From Camelus dromedarius (Eukaryota), in assembly GCF_036321535.1 (NCBI RefSeq), contig NC_087472.1, positions 102,302,001 through 102,366,000 of the forward strand: 64,000 nt of DNA, given 5' to 3'. Shown in pieces: positions 1 to 12,970 of the stretch. The position numbers were made by a program, and so were the translations under genes. The notes beneath the pieces were generated by a model. It saw nothing but the letters and a program-made list of their open reading frames with translations, had not been told where the DNA came from and searched no databases. How positions within the stretch are numbered: position 1 is the first letter of the stretch; every line of letters starts with the position of its first letter.

Positions 1-135
1 TTTCCCTGTGCTATACAGTATAATCTTGTTTATCTATTCTACATATGCCTGTCAGTATCTACAAATTTTGAACTCCCAGTTTATCCCTTCCCACCCCCCT
101 CCCCTTTGGCAACCACAAGTTTGTATTCTATGTAT
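1..135 (-). mobile_element. L1 3' UTR fragment (lineage-specific young family)
   Basis: Reverse complement of the 3' end of the L1 at 3070-4795; very similar to 53510-53640. Confidence 0.75.
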
Positions 136-339
136 GACACCTTATTTATTCTGGTTTTTTTTTTTCAAACAAATAGGTCCTATATCCCTATTACAGTGGA
201 CACTATAATACATGAAGGCAATAGACATGATTCATGCTCCCATGGAGATTTAAGACAAGAAGAAGAGAAAGACAAGTAAGCGGAGGGGGTCTCTTATTTA
301 AATGCCCCATGTAATATTTATCATTTATTAGACTAAATT

Positions 340-960
340 AGAAATTTATTTACAAAATAGTCAATCTGTTTGGCATTATCTACTAAAGTTAAACATACAT
401 CATCCCATGACCTAACAATCCCACTGGTAGATTTAGAACCAAGAAAAATGGTGCATAGCTCTACCAAAAGACTTACATGATGTATATGCATGATTGGAAC
501 ATTGTGCTGTACAGCAGAAATTGACATATTGTAACTGACTATACTTCAATTTAAAATAAAATAAAATAAAATAAAATAAAGACTTATACAAGAATGTATT
601 CATAATAGCCAAAAACTGGAAACAACCCAAATGTCCATCAACAGGACAATAGATAAACAAGTATGATTTATTCATACAAATGGAAAACTATAAAGCTAAA
701 AAAGAAACAAATTCCTGCTAGCCCCAACTATGTGGATGAATCTCGCAGATAATATAAGTGAAAGAAGCCAGACACTGAGGATTACATACTGTTCAATTCC
801 ATTTAAATTAAGTTCAAGAATGTGCGAAACTAATTGATGGTGATAGAACTCGGTAGAGTGGTTACCTCTGGACTGGGGAGTGATACTGACTGGGAAAGGG
901 GCATGAGACTAGCTACTACACAACTGTATATGTGTTATATCTCAATTTCAAAAGTTTTAT
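340..960 (+). mobile_element. Old L1M 3' fragment with a younger ~100-bp L1 tail inserted at about 478-580
   Basis: L1 motifs ttcataatagccaaaaactggaaacaacccaaatgtccatcaaca. The insert ends in (TAAAA)n and is flanked by an AAAGACTTA duplication. Confidence 0.7.
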
Positions 961-1729
961 AAAAAGCCCTGTCATTTGGAGAGGCTTTGGACTGGAGCTG
1001 GAGCAGGGTTGTATACTGAAAAGGAGACCTCTTGAGGACACCGCCTGTGTTCCATATGGCAGTGTTGAAAAAGAGATTTGGAAGTACCACTGCTCATGTT
1101 TGGCTTCTTATGTGGGCTTAACTGTGACCTAGATGTATTCCATTAATAGGGGCCATTCACCTGTCAGCTCAGCCGTGGTAACTGAGGCAGGATAAACAAA
1201 GATGGGTTAAAACAAGCACTGGCTGATTTCAGCTGATTTCACCTGTGAGCTCTTATCATGAGATTTTTTTTTTAGTTTAATATAAACAGTAATCTGATCT
1301 AATTAAGTAATTACATTGCATCAAATCTGGCAATTAGAAAAGCCAAACACACTATTGTGCTGTCTTAAAAAAAATTAGAGACAAAATAAGACTCAAAAGA
1401 AACAAAAATTTTTTAATTTTTTTTAATATATATATTGTGCCTTACCAACAAGTGCTTGTAGTCAAAGGATCAAGGAAAAGCTAAAATAGTAAATAAAAAT
1501 AAAAATTGAGGAAAGAAGGACAGCCTCTACTGAAATATCAAAGTGAGATTAAACTACAAGATCATCAGGGTCAGATAGGTAATCATTCCACGTGGAGGGA
1601 CCAAGCTAGAGCTCTGGGGTGGGCTGGTGAAGTACCACCTAGAAAGCCTTAGCCTGAAGGAGAATCTTTTGCACTGTAGGTTGTCTGGGCAGACATTTTC
1701 CTGGATGGGATGGGAAGGAGAGGGCCTCT

Positions 1730-2545
1730 TACTTTTTAAACTGAAGTATAATTGCCATAAAATAAAACATATCAATCTCAAGTATACAGTTCAATGAGTT
1801 TTGACAATTACATACCTGTGTAACCACCACTCAAATTAAGACATAGAATATATCCTTCATCCCAGAAAACTTCCCTGTGCCTCATTCCAGTCAATCCCCA
1901 TTCAATCCCCAATACCCTCCAACCGCTTTCTGATTTTTATCACCCTAGATTAGTTTTGCTGAGAATTTCATCTACATGGAATCCAACAGAATGACTTCTT
2001 TCATTCAACATAACATTTTTGAGATTCATCCATGTTGTTGCACATGTCTTACTTACTTATTTCCTTTTTATTACTCAGTAGTATTCCACTGTATAAATAT
2101 ACCATTAGTTAATGACCCATTCCACTGCTGATGGATATTTGAGTTGTTTCCAGTTTGGTGTCTTATAAATAAACTTGCTATGAACATTTTTGTACAAATT
2201 TTTGTACAATTTTGAGAAAATACCTAAGACTGGGACTCTTGGGTCCTAGAATAGATGTATGTTTAACTTTACAAGGAACTGACAAAAAGTTCTTCAAAGT
2301 TGTCATACCATTTTATACTCCTACTAGCAGTTCAAGAAAATTCCAGTTGCTCCATATCCTTGCCAATAGTTGATGCTGTCAGTCTTTTTTATTTTAGTCA
2401 CTGTAGTGATATCTCAATTGGGTTTTAATTCCATTTCCATGATGACTAATGATACAGAGCACTTTTTCATGTGCTTACTGGACATTCCTATAACTTCTTT
2501 CGTGAAGTGTCTGTTTTTAATGCCTTTGTCTGTCTTTTTTACAGC
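1730..2545 (-). mobile_element. Old L1M 3' end, antisense
   Basis: Typical antisense L1 text (gagattcatccatgttgttgca, gatggatatttgagttgtttccag); ORF2-like peptide KHMKKCS. Confidence 0.75.
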
Positions 2546-3069
2546 CTGCTTTATCCTCCTTAAATAAGAAGCAGTTATCCAATTTGCTGCCTGAAAGAGT
2601 TCTGTGATGAAACAGATCAATTCAAGTAGTAGATTTAGCCAATATAGCTTTTTATATTGGTCCAATTTCACTGTTAAAAAGCAAATACCCTTGCTAAAAT
2701 AAATTGGTATAACCTCCCCAAAGTAAAATGCTTACTCTAGTATTTTATTTCCAATTCTGGGGTTTATGTATGTACTCTAAATAAACAGTTTCACCACAAG
2801 CATGACAACTGAAGGCTATGGTCTGTTATAAATAAATTATGTTTTTAAAAGCCAACCTATTTGCTTTTAAATGAACTCTGGCTGGGGGAACATTGCAAAT
2901 CATAAGTGTTCCTATTCCAACAAAATCAACTACACTTACAAAAAAAATGTGAAAAAAAGGCTTTAAAATAGCTGACAGGAAATAAACTGTAAGTTCTCAT
3001 TAAAGGATGAACAAAAAAACTTTATTTTCACCTACTACAAAGTGTTTCAATAAAGAATCAAAAATCCCT

Positions 3070-4795
3070 TGGAAGAATCAATATTGTTAAAATGGCCATA
3101 CTGCCCAAGGCAATCTATAGATTTAATGCAATCCCTAACAAATTACCCAGGACATTTTTCACAGAACTAGAACAATCCCAAAATTTATATGGAATCACAA
3201 AAGACTCAGAATTGCCAAAGCAATATTGAAGAAAAAGAACAAAGCTGGAAAAATAACCCTCCCAGACTTCAGACAATACTACAAAGCTACAGTAATCAAA
3301 ACAGTGTGGTATTGGCATGAAAACAGATCAATGGATCAATGAAACAGAATAGACAGCCCAGAAATAAACCCACAAACCTTGGTCAATTAATCTTTGACAA
3401 AGGAGGCAAGAATATACAATGCTGTAAAGATAGTCTCTTCAGCAAATGGTGTTGGGAAAACTGGACAGCTGCATGTAAATCAATGAAATTAGAACATTCC
3501 TTCACACCATACACAAAAATAAATTCAAAATGGCTTAAAGACTTAAATAAAAGACAAGACACGATAAATCTCCTAGAATAAAACATAGGCAAAACATTCT
3601 CTGACATAAATCTTAGCAATGTTCTCCTAGGACAGTCTACCTCGGCAATAGAAATGAGAGCAAAAACTAACAAATGGGACCTAATTAAACTTATAAACTT
3701 TTGCACAGCAAAGGAAACCATAAGCAAAACAAAATGACAATGGAATGGGAGAAAATATTTGCAGATGGTGCAACTGACAAAGGCTTAATTTCCAGAATAT
3801 ATAAACAGTTCATACAACTTAGTAACAAAAAAACAAACAACCCAATGCAAAAATGGGCAGAAGACCTAAACAAGCGATTCTCCAAAGAAAACATACAAAT
3901 GGCCAACAAGCACATGAAAAAATGCTCAAAATCGTTAATTATCAGAAAAATGCAAATCAAAATGACAATGAGGTATCACCTCACACCAGTCAGAATAGCC
4001 ATCATTCAAAAGTCCACAAACGATAAATGCTGGAGAGGGTGTGGAGAAAAGGGAACCCTTCTACACTACTGGCGGGAATGTAGTTTGGTACAGCCATTAT
4101 GGAAAACAGTATGGAGCTTCCTCAAAAAACTAAAAATAGACTTACCATATGATCCAACAATCCCACTTCTGGGTATACACCTGGAGGGACCTCTAATTCA
4201 AAAAGATACATGCACCCCAATATTCATAGCAGCACTATATACAGTAGCCAAAACATGGAAGCAACCTAAATGTCCATCAAAAGATGACTGGATAAAGAAG
4301 CTGTGGTATATTTATACAAAGGACTACTACTCAGCCATACAAAAGGAATCAAATAATGTCATTTGCAGCAACATTAATGGACCTAGAGATCATCATTCTA
4401 AGTAAAGTAAGCCAGAAAGAGAAAGAAAAATATCATATGATATCACTTATATGTGGAATCTAAAAAAAAAGAAGGAAAAAGGACACTATGAACTCATCTA
4501 CAAAACAGAAAAAGACTCGCAGCCATAGTAAACAATCTTATGGTTATGGGGGAAAGGGGATGGGAAGGGATAAATTTGGGAGTTTGAGATTTACAAATGT
4601 TAGCCACTATATATAAAAATAGACTTTTAAAAAGTTTATTCTGTATAGCACAGGGAACTATGTTCAATATCTTATAACAACTTTTAATGAAATAAATATG
4701 AAAACAAATATACGTATGTATATGTATAACCAGGATATTGTGCTGTACACCAGAAACTGACACATTGTAACAGACTACTTCAATTAAAAAAAAAC
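3070..4795 (+). mobile_element. 5'-truncated LINE-1: ORF2 C-terminal region, 3' UTR and A tail
   Basis: ORFs 3339-3581 and 3701-4405 encode ORF2p pieces ([19 protein letters not shown], cysteine-rich [23 protein letters not shown]), interrupted by stops and frameshifts. Confidence 0.95.
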
Positions 4796-5596
4796 TTACA
4801 AAAAGGAAGTCTTGGATTTCTGAGGTAGGTTTACACCATTCATCTAACTTCACTGTTAGATATCACTCATTAGCAATATCATATCTGTCTTAAGGATTAA
4901 TCAGTTCAAATGCTTAATTATTCTGTCTTTGTCAATGGAGGCTTATTAATTGGTACTTTTTTGCACTGTAAGGAACTTAATATAACTAAATGTAATCATA
5001 AATGTAACAGTAGGGTGTGGTACAATGGTCATCAGTTATGTCTCATTCCACTCAAACCTGACTGGGAAAATAGTCTCTTTTCTTCCTATCTGTCTATGGC
5101 GTTATGCTCACATTACAATATGTCAAAATTTTCTAATTTTTGCCTGCTAATCTTATATTTGGACTTGTCACTTTCTGTGATTATGAGTGCTGAGGCCAAT
5201 TTGTTCCTGTTTCACAATAGCAACTTGCTTTATCTTAAGTAGTTTTGTCATATTATACTGAGTCACCTAGACCAATGCTTCTCAAACTTAATATGTATAG
5301 GAATCACCTGGAGATCTTGCTAAAACGCAGATTCTGACTCAGTAGGTCTGGGGTGGAGCAAATGTTCTGCACAAATGAAACATAGACACCCTCACCTCTC
5401 TTTGGGGACTAGAGACTGGAACTCGGAAGGCACAGCCTGGCTGAGTGTCATAGAAGCAAGAAGAAGGTTGTCTTAGCAGTTATCTGTCTGATGAGTCCAC
5501 AGCATAAAAAATCGGATAAGATTCAAATCAGTACATAAATTCATGTGTCAATAAATCACTCTGTTACAAAAGGATGGTTAAAAAAAGCCATTTTCA

Positions 5597-5720
5597 GGGG
5601 GGAGGGTATAGCTCAAGTGGTAGAGTGCATGCTTAGCATGCATGAGGACCTGGGTTCAATCCCCAGTATCTCCTCTAAGAATAAGTAAATAAACCTAATT
5701 ACCTCCCCCCACCAAAAAAA
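5597..5720 (+). mobile_element. tRNA-Ala-derived SINE (camelid Vic-1 type)
   Basis: Head GGGTATAGCTCAAGTGGTAGAG...GGGTTCAATCCCCAG with A and B boxes, tail AAACCTAATTACCTCCCCCC plus poly-A, perfect 16-bp TSD AAAAAAGCCATTTTCA (5581-5596, 5721-5736). Confidence 0.92.
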
Positions 5721-6612
5721 AAAAAAGCCATTTTCACATGTTGTGAGAATCTTAGAAAACATTAGGGTAGGTCTAGAAGATAAAAGTAAACAACGAAACA
5801 ATATAACAAAATAAAACACAACTTCCTATCTAAACATCAGATTACTTTACCTCCTTAGTCCAACTTAAATGACATTTTTTTAAAGTTCTTAAGTGTTCTA
5901 TGGAACAGGGAAGTTAGTGACCAAATTTTTCTAGTTTGTTTTAAAGGCTGTCACCAAAGAAAATGTTAGCCTTGCAAAGGTGACCGCAAGCTGAAATGCA
6001 AAAAGAAATGAGAACTAAGCAATTTAGAGTGTCAAAAATAGAAATTATAACTAGTAATACCATCACCAGTCACTCGGATCACTCCAGCCAACACCAGCAC
6101 CACTCCAGATATTCAAGTGATGCCATACTAGACCAGTTTTTATTAATATATACTCATTAGGGAAAATCAGAAAGATAGAAAGAAGGAAACACAGCATCCA
6201 TAGTTGTGCTACCTAAATATAACCATTATAATCCTTTTTAGTATATGTGTTTCCAATCTTTTCCTCTGTGCAGATTTGTTTTGTAAAAGGTTGTAATAAT
6301 TCTATATGGATAATTTTGCATCCTGTTTTTAAAATTTTATTAAAGAGTATGTTTTTTTTCATTTTTTACCTTTCAAAAATACCATGTTTAATGTCTGGAT
6401 AGTAGTCCATCCAGTGAATGGACCATAATTTCTTAGCTGTTGTTGGGCAATCAAGTATACGCAGCAAAGGACCTGCAGGTCCTCGGAGATTTTAAGAAAC
6501 TTGCTCTAGAGTCCCATGAATATACAGACATTAGAGAATGTAAACAGAATATCAGGGCAGGATGGAGGGGGTACCTCAGTTCATAGAATAAAAATCAGAT
6601 GAAGTAGCAAGA

Positions 6613-6759
6613 GAGGGGAGGGTATAGCTCAGTGGCAGAGTGCGTTCTTTGTATGCATGAGGTCCTGAGTTCAATCTCTAGTACCTCCATTAAGAATAAA
6701 TAAATAAATCTAATTACCCCCCAAAAGATTTTTTAAATTTTAAATTTTGAATTAAAAAA
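6613..6759 (+). mobile_element. Vic-1-type SINE
   Basis: Same head and tail; TSD ATGAAGTAGCAAGA (6599-6612, 6760-6773). Confidence 0.9.
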
Positions 6760-7279
6760 ATGAAGTAGCAAGAAGGATAACACACCATTACAAGATCTTT
6801 CTTGCAAATCTCAAATTCAACCACTTCTCACATCTCTACTGCTGCCGCCCCAGTCCAAACCACAATGACACTTATCGGGACAACCACAGTAGTTGGCTAA
6901 CTAGTTCCTCCGACCCCACTCCTACCCACCCACAGCCAATGTTCCACTTGTGGCCTAAATATTTTAGCAATCTTCACGTTCCTTTTATTCATTTTGCAGA
7001 CAAGGAAACTCGCAGAGATAATTCTGGTCAGCCTCCTCTCACAACCCTTTAGTCCAGCCCTCCCCACCCCACCCACCACACAAGGGAAAAAAAAATAACT
7101 AAAAGTGTGTGAGCCCAGGCTGCTCCATTTCCCACCTGTAGGCCCTGGGCCTTGCCCACGCCTGGATGGGAGAGGCAGCCTGACCATTGTCTCAGCCACC
7201 TTCGACAGTCTCCCTCCCTCTCCTTGCTCAATTCCCAGCCTCCCAGATGGAGAAAAATACCTTCATTTTGGTTTTCATT

Positions 7280-8000
7280 CCATCCTGAGTATCTGCTATG
7301 GAACAGGTGCTATGCTATTCACGAGGGACAGGATGGTGAAACAGACACAGTATTTGGAGCTTGCGTTCTAGGGAGGAAGGCTGACAAACCAAGTCAATAA
7401 ACAAATACAGAGAAAGTTCACACAGCGGGATGAGCACTAGGAAGAAGGCAGGGTGTTAGATTACAGAATAGTAAGGAGGGGCCGACTTAGATCGGGTGGT
7501 TGGCAAAAATCTTCCTGGGAAAATGACATTTAAGCTGAGATCGAAGGCAGGCTGGGGTTGGGGCAGAAAGGCAGAAAGGCAGAAAGAGAACCATAAGTTC
7601 AAAGGCCCTGAGGTGGAACAAAAAAATGGGCAAGTTCAGTAAACTGAAGGAAGACCAGAATGTTCTTGGTGCACAGTGAGCATGAAATATGCTTGAGAGA
7701 TAATCAGGAGTCCAGTTAGGTAATGCCTCAGAGACTATGGTAAGGAGTCTGGATTTTATTCAAGGTACAATAAGACAGTATTGAAGAGTTAAGTAGAGAA
7801 GAGCAATAATCAAATATTTATTAATAGTTTGTGGAAAATGGATTGGAACAGTTAACAGTGACAGTAGAAGACCAAGTAGGAGGCTGTGGCTCTGGTCAGG
7901 TGAGAGATCATGGTGGTTGGGACTGGGCTGGTGGCCATGAATATGGAAAGAACTGGGGGGATGTTAAGATATATTGTGGAGGAAGAATCAAAGGAAAGTG
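7280..8000 (+). mobile_element. L2 3' region (degenerate)
   Basis: L2-like text (gacatttaagctgagatcgaagg, caaaggccctgaggtgg, ggtaaggagtctggattttatt), probably continuing at about 8350-8540. Confidence 0.65.
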
Positions 8001-8603
8001 CTACCAAAAAACCCACTTTTTATCAAATAGCATAGACATTTGTCTTATTAATAATAAAAAATTAAATATCCTTAGATCAAAATGGAAAAAATACAAGTAA
8101 AGTGTATTACAGAAAAAAAGATGTTATACTGCCATTCATGATTTAAATTTAAATAAATTATTTTGAAGGACTTAGATTAAATATAGTATTTAAAAAAAAA
8201 AACCACATGAACCATTGTATGTATAAGTGCCACCAGATTTGGAAAAACACATGTTAATTCACCTGAAACAGACACAAAAAAGTTAGAGTCAGGCACTTAT
8301 AATTGGATGACTGATGACTCACCAAATGTTTAATCATTTTAAAACATTCTTTTAAAAGATATTGCCGATGGAATAGATGTAGAAGGGAGAATGAAGAATG
8401 GCTGCAAGGTTTCCAGTTGAGCGATCAGTTGGCTGGTATTGACTCTGAATGAGAAAAGGACAACTAAGTAGGGCATGAGATAAAGGCTGTACAAAATAAT
8501 TAAAAGTTCAGTTCTAGACATGTTAAGTTGGAGACAGACTTAGTCTTCTTGACTCTGGATAAGAAAAACACAAGATGGTTCTTGATGAAAATAAATGTGA
8601 CCT

Positions 8604-8750
8604 GTGGAGAGGAAGCATATAGCTCAGTGGTAGAGCCCGGCCTAGCAAGCACGAGGTCCTGGGTTCAATCCCCAGTACCTCCATCAAAAATAAGTAAGTA
8701 AATAAAAACTCAATTATCCCCCCAATAAAATAGTAAATTAAAAATTAAAA
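8604..8750 (+). mobile_element. Vic-1-type SINE
   Basis: tRNA-Ala head, A-rich tail, near-perfect 16-bp TSD (8588-8603, 8751-8766). Confidence 0.9.
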
Positions 8751-9079
8751 AAAATAAACATGACCTTAATTGACACAACAACAAATTGTGATATAAAAAC
8801 AGAGAGGAACAGAGAGGGAAATTTGTATAAGAGTTTCCAAAAATGAAAGCACCCAGAATGGCTGTGTTTCTTAGAGATTTTATTTGAAACTTGAAATTAA
8901 TAACACCATGAGGTAAGTACAGGAGTACTGCCCTCTTACAGATGAGTGCACAAAAGGAATGGAAACTTAAAAAAAACTCATCCAAACTACACACCTAATA
9001 AGGGTAGGAGTTAGGATTATATAAATTGTAATAACTTATGGTAAATGTAGGGAAAGATTATCTTATTATTCTATGACCT

Positions 9080-9520
9080 TGTGTCAGAGAATACTTCCCC
9101 CAGCTCCAAACCCTTCCTATACATATTCTGGCTGATGATGCCACAGGCTTGGGATTCTGTAAATCACTTCTCTACCGCTAGAGGAAGCTAGAGAGAGAGA
9201 GTGACTAACTGAAAAAGGAGGAAGTTTGCTATCCCTATCTGCTCCCAACACCTTGGCAGCAGCAGTTTCTTCTCACAGCAGCATCTGAATCCATTTGGCA
9301 GCCTTTCCAATATCTGCAGAACCAGCTTCATTGTCCCTACACCTCAATCCCCAAAATAGCAGCCCCAGTTGGCAATGCCCCTCTCCCCTGAGGTCTCCGT
9401 CCCGGTCCCCTCCTCTAAGTTTTGAAGTTTTAATAATTCCAGCTTCTTCCTTTTGTTCACTCAGCCATGACACCTCAGAGTTCTCTTTTCACCCTTTCAT
9501 AGTTAATGATTCTTCATATT
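9080..9520. mobile_element. Old ERVL-type LTR (LTR33-like)
   Basis: Recalled similarity to LTR33; related text at 29410-29960. Confidence 0.45.
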
Positions 9521-10189
9521 ACATTCTTTTTTAAAAATTATAACCTATTATAACCTTTTATTTTAGATTGAATGCAAAGTTATAGGGTGTCCCTTTAACA
9601 GTGATTTTCCTAGATTGTCTCAAATCACAAGAGATAATTGCAACTTTTCAACAATTATTTTTTGTATAAATTTTTTTCCGAGTTGATACAATGCAACTCA
9701 ATTTGGATTCCATACATAGGGAACCCTCTTCCAGATGACCTTTTTTTCCTGCAGAACTTATTTACTTTGCAGAACTGAAACTCTGCATCCTTTGACCAAC
9801 ACCTTCCCTCCACCCCGCCCCCAGCCCCTGGAAACCACAGGTCTACTCTCTCTGCTTCTATGTACTTGACTATTTTAGATCCCACATGTAAGTGAGATCA
9901 TGCAGTATTTGTCTTTTGTTTAAATAACTGGTGTGGTTTTTGTCTCCTAACTGCCCCTGGTTGATACAGGCCTGAGAGATGAAAATTACTAGCCAATGTC
10001 TCTTATGAATACAGGTACTACATCCTAAATAAAATTTTAGTAAACTCAGAAACAAAAGGGTTAGAGGCACAACCTGCAGCCATGAAATGGATCATCCAGG
10101 TGGAGCAGGCTTCATTAGCTAAACCATTCATTTAATACTTTATTCTTATGAAGCACTGCCTATACATGCAAGGTGCAGTCAAGAACAGG

Positions 10190-10760
10190 CCACAAGGCTG
10201 GAAGAAAACATTTGCAAATCAGGTATCAGATAAGAAATTTGTATCTAGAATATATAAATAACTCTTACAACTCAATAATAAGAAGTCAAATAACCCAATT
10301 TAAAAATGGACAGAAGATCTGAATAGATATTTTACCAAAGGTGATAAATGAAAGGCCAATAAGCACATGAGAAGATGTTCAACATCACTAGGGAAACACA
10401 AACTAAAATTCCAAGGACATGCCACTTCATACCTGTAAGAATGGTTGTAATTGGAAAGACAGACAACAGCAAGTGTTGACAAGGATATGGCCAGCTGGTT
10501 GCCTCATAGATTGCTGGTGGGAATGGAAAATGGTGCAGCTACTGCGGAAAACAGTGTGGCAGTTTATTAAAAGTTAAACATAAATTTACCATATGACCCA
10601 GCGATTCCACTCCTAGGTGTATATTCAAAAGAAATTAAAACATGTCTATACCAAGATTTGTATCCAAATGTTCATAGCAGCATTATTCATAATAGGCCCA
10701 TTTTGGAAATAACCCAAATATCTCCCTAAACTGGTGAATGGAGAGACATAGTGCAGTATT
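10190..10760 (+). mobile_element. Old L1M ORF2 3' fragment
   Basis: aagcacatgagaagatgttcaacatcactag, ttgctggtgggaatggaaaatgg, ccatatgacccagcgattccactcctagg. Confidence 0.85.
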
Positions 10761-12119
10761 CCAAGGTACAGTTCACTGAAGAAAGCTGGATAAATGATGG
10801 GTTCCTTTCCTTTATTCACCAGCCTTAAAAATAATCATTCGATTTTCTAACATTTACCAAAGATGACCAAAAAATTTTCGTGTTATTTTTTCAACTGAAT
10901 CACAGTGAGCTTATTGATTGAATATTTGGTATGTTTAGTTTCAACTCTTGATAGCTTTCAAATTGATACAGATTCATGTAAAATATAGAAAAGAAGAAAA
11001 AGTCATCCCTAATCATTAGCATTCATATGGATATATCAAAATCATTCATAACCACATGAACCGCTGTTGACATTTTGGTTTCCTTCTGGTCTTATTTCTA
11101 CGCGTATAGTTTTAGTGGATGACAGTGTACTAGATTCCAAATATTTTGGCATTTCTTCAACACAAATGTGAACAATGCCATTGCTAGTGAGCACTAGGGA
11201 AAGGCCAGTCTCTGGCCTTTTAAGAGCTCAAGCCAGTGGTCCTGTTATCTTAACTTGCCAACAGTACACAGACATCTTCCCATGAATCTGTGCTCCAGGA
11301 GTCTGCAGTTCAGCAGGGGAGAAAATATGAATATAAATAACTATAATTCAAGGTAAAAATATTAAGTGGCATGAAAGGAAAATTCTATGGGAGTCAAGAG
11401 GGAAGAGAGAGAATTTCTGCTGATCATGTCGCCTTCCTAGGATGCTGCCTTTCCAAGCTGAGTCACCACTGTTCTGTGGCTTCTCTTAAGATGTTACCAT
11501 GATTATCTAAAAATGAAAAGAAGGACTCTAGATCAGTTCTCTTTGGCCACATGTTAAAGAGTCATTTGAGGGTGCTTTTAAAGATCTCCAGCTGGACCAC
11601 AGACCAATTATGTCCAATTTGGGGATGGAGAGACCCGACCATCAGCATTAAAAAAAAATTCCCCAGATGATTCCAATGGGCAGCCAAGGGTGAGAACTGA
11701 CAAAGGACCACTGTATCCAAAGCCCTATGCTAAATTCTACGCAGTGCTGTAAAAAATATAAAATGCATGTCTGAAGCAGCACTTTGCTCTTTAATAATGG
11801 GCTACTCTTACATTAAGTCATTTTTCCTTGTGCATTTCTGTCCATTCAAGCAATTAAACAGGTTAGCCATTTGAACTCATAACTGTTTGTACCTTATTAA
11901 TTGCTGACTCTAACAGAACAAGTGAACTTAGCATGCAAATGGGAACTGCAAGTTCAAAGCTATCAAAAAGTTAATGATTTAACCTCCTCCCTGTTGTTGC
12001 AGAAAGATGACTATTTGATAACACTCGTGTTTATTTTGGAAGCAAAGGAGATGCCTGCTATAAAGAATGATTCCAACCTCCATTCCATTCATCTAAAAGT
12101 CTAGAGTTGTAGCTGTCTT

Positions 12120-12970
12120 TTAAAAAAAACTTTTTACCGTGAAATAGTTTCAAACTTACAAAAAGTTTGCAAAAAAAGTGGAAAGAAATCCCATATATCC
12201 CCTTCACCCAAATTCATAAATTGTTAACATTTTACCACACTTGCTTTATCATTTGATGGATAAACAGATAGATAATAGACGGCTGCAGATATAGATAAAC
12301 TGTTTTGATTTATTTTAGGGGGACAGGTAATTAGGTTTATTCATTTTTTAGAGGAGTTTTTCTAGAGGGTTCAATCCCCAGAACCTGCACTCTGCCACTT
12401 GAGCTATACCCTCCCCCATATCCCCTAAATACTTCAGAGTGTATTTCCCGAGACTAAAACCATTCCCTTACATAATCACAGCTCAATCACAAGAATCAGG
12501 GAATTTCATGTCCATGTAATAATATCATCCAATCTACAGTTCATATTTAGATTTTTCCCACGGTCTCAATGTCTTTTCTAGCATTCTTTTCCAGTCCAGG
12601 ACCCAATCCAAGAGTACTACCCATGGCATTTAGTTTTTATGTCTCTCCAGTCTCCTTTCATCTGAAATAGTTCCATGGCCTTCACCCTTGTGGACACTGA
12701 CAGCTGTGAAGAGTAGAGGCCGCTTGTGTTACAGAAGATCCCTCAGTCTGGGTTTGTATGAGGTTTTCTCATGATAAGATTGAATTCTACGTTTTCAGGT
12801 GGGAACATGGAGTAAGAGATCTGGGTCCTTCTCAAAGTACCCCATTAGCAGATTTATGAAGTCAGCTGCTCCCATTGCTGGTGAGGTTAACTTTGATCAC
12901 TTGGGTAAGGTGGTGTCTGGTATCAGCCAGTTTCCTCCACTGTCAAGTCACTAATTTTCCCCTTGTAGTG
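12120..12970 (-). mobile_element. L1MC-like 3' end interrupted by a SINE
   Basis: tttcaaacttacaaaaagtttgc...ggtgaggttaactttgatcacttgggtaaggtggtgtctg. Confidence 0.65.
12302..12417 (-). mobile_element. Vic-1-type SINE with an internal rearrangement
   Basis: Antisense tail ggtaattaggtttatt and antisense head ccacttgagctataccctcccc; the B-box segment is inverted. Confidence 0.85.

Noticed and set aside
3701..4405. 234-aa ORF as a host gene
   Set aside because: It is the C-terminal fragment of L1 ORF2p in a truncated, frameshifted element.
5488..5525. Hammerhead-ribozyme-like core CTGATGAGTCC
   Set aside because: No GAAA follows the putative stem II and no flanking stems are evident; a chance match.
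5597..5675. tRNA-Ala(AGC) gene (and similar heads at 6613, 8604, 13868, 23711, 28234, 37458, 46956, 50650, 53679)
   Set aside because: They carry SINE tails, poly-A, often TSDs, and stem mismatches, so they are retroposed SINEs rather than tRNA genes.
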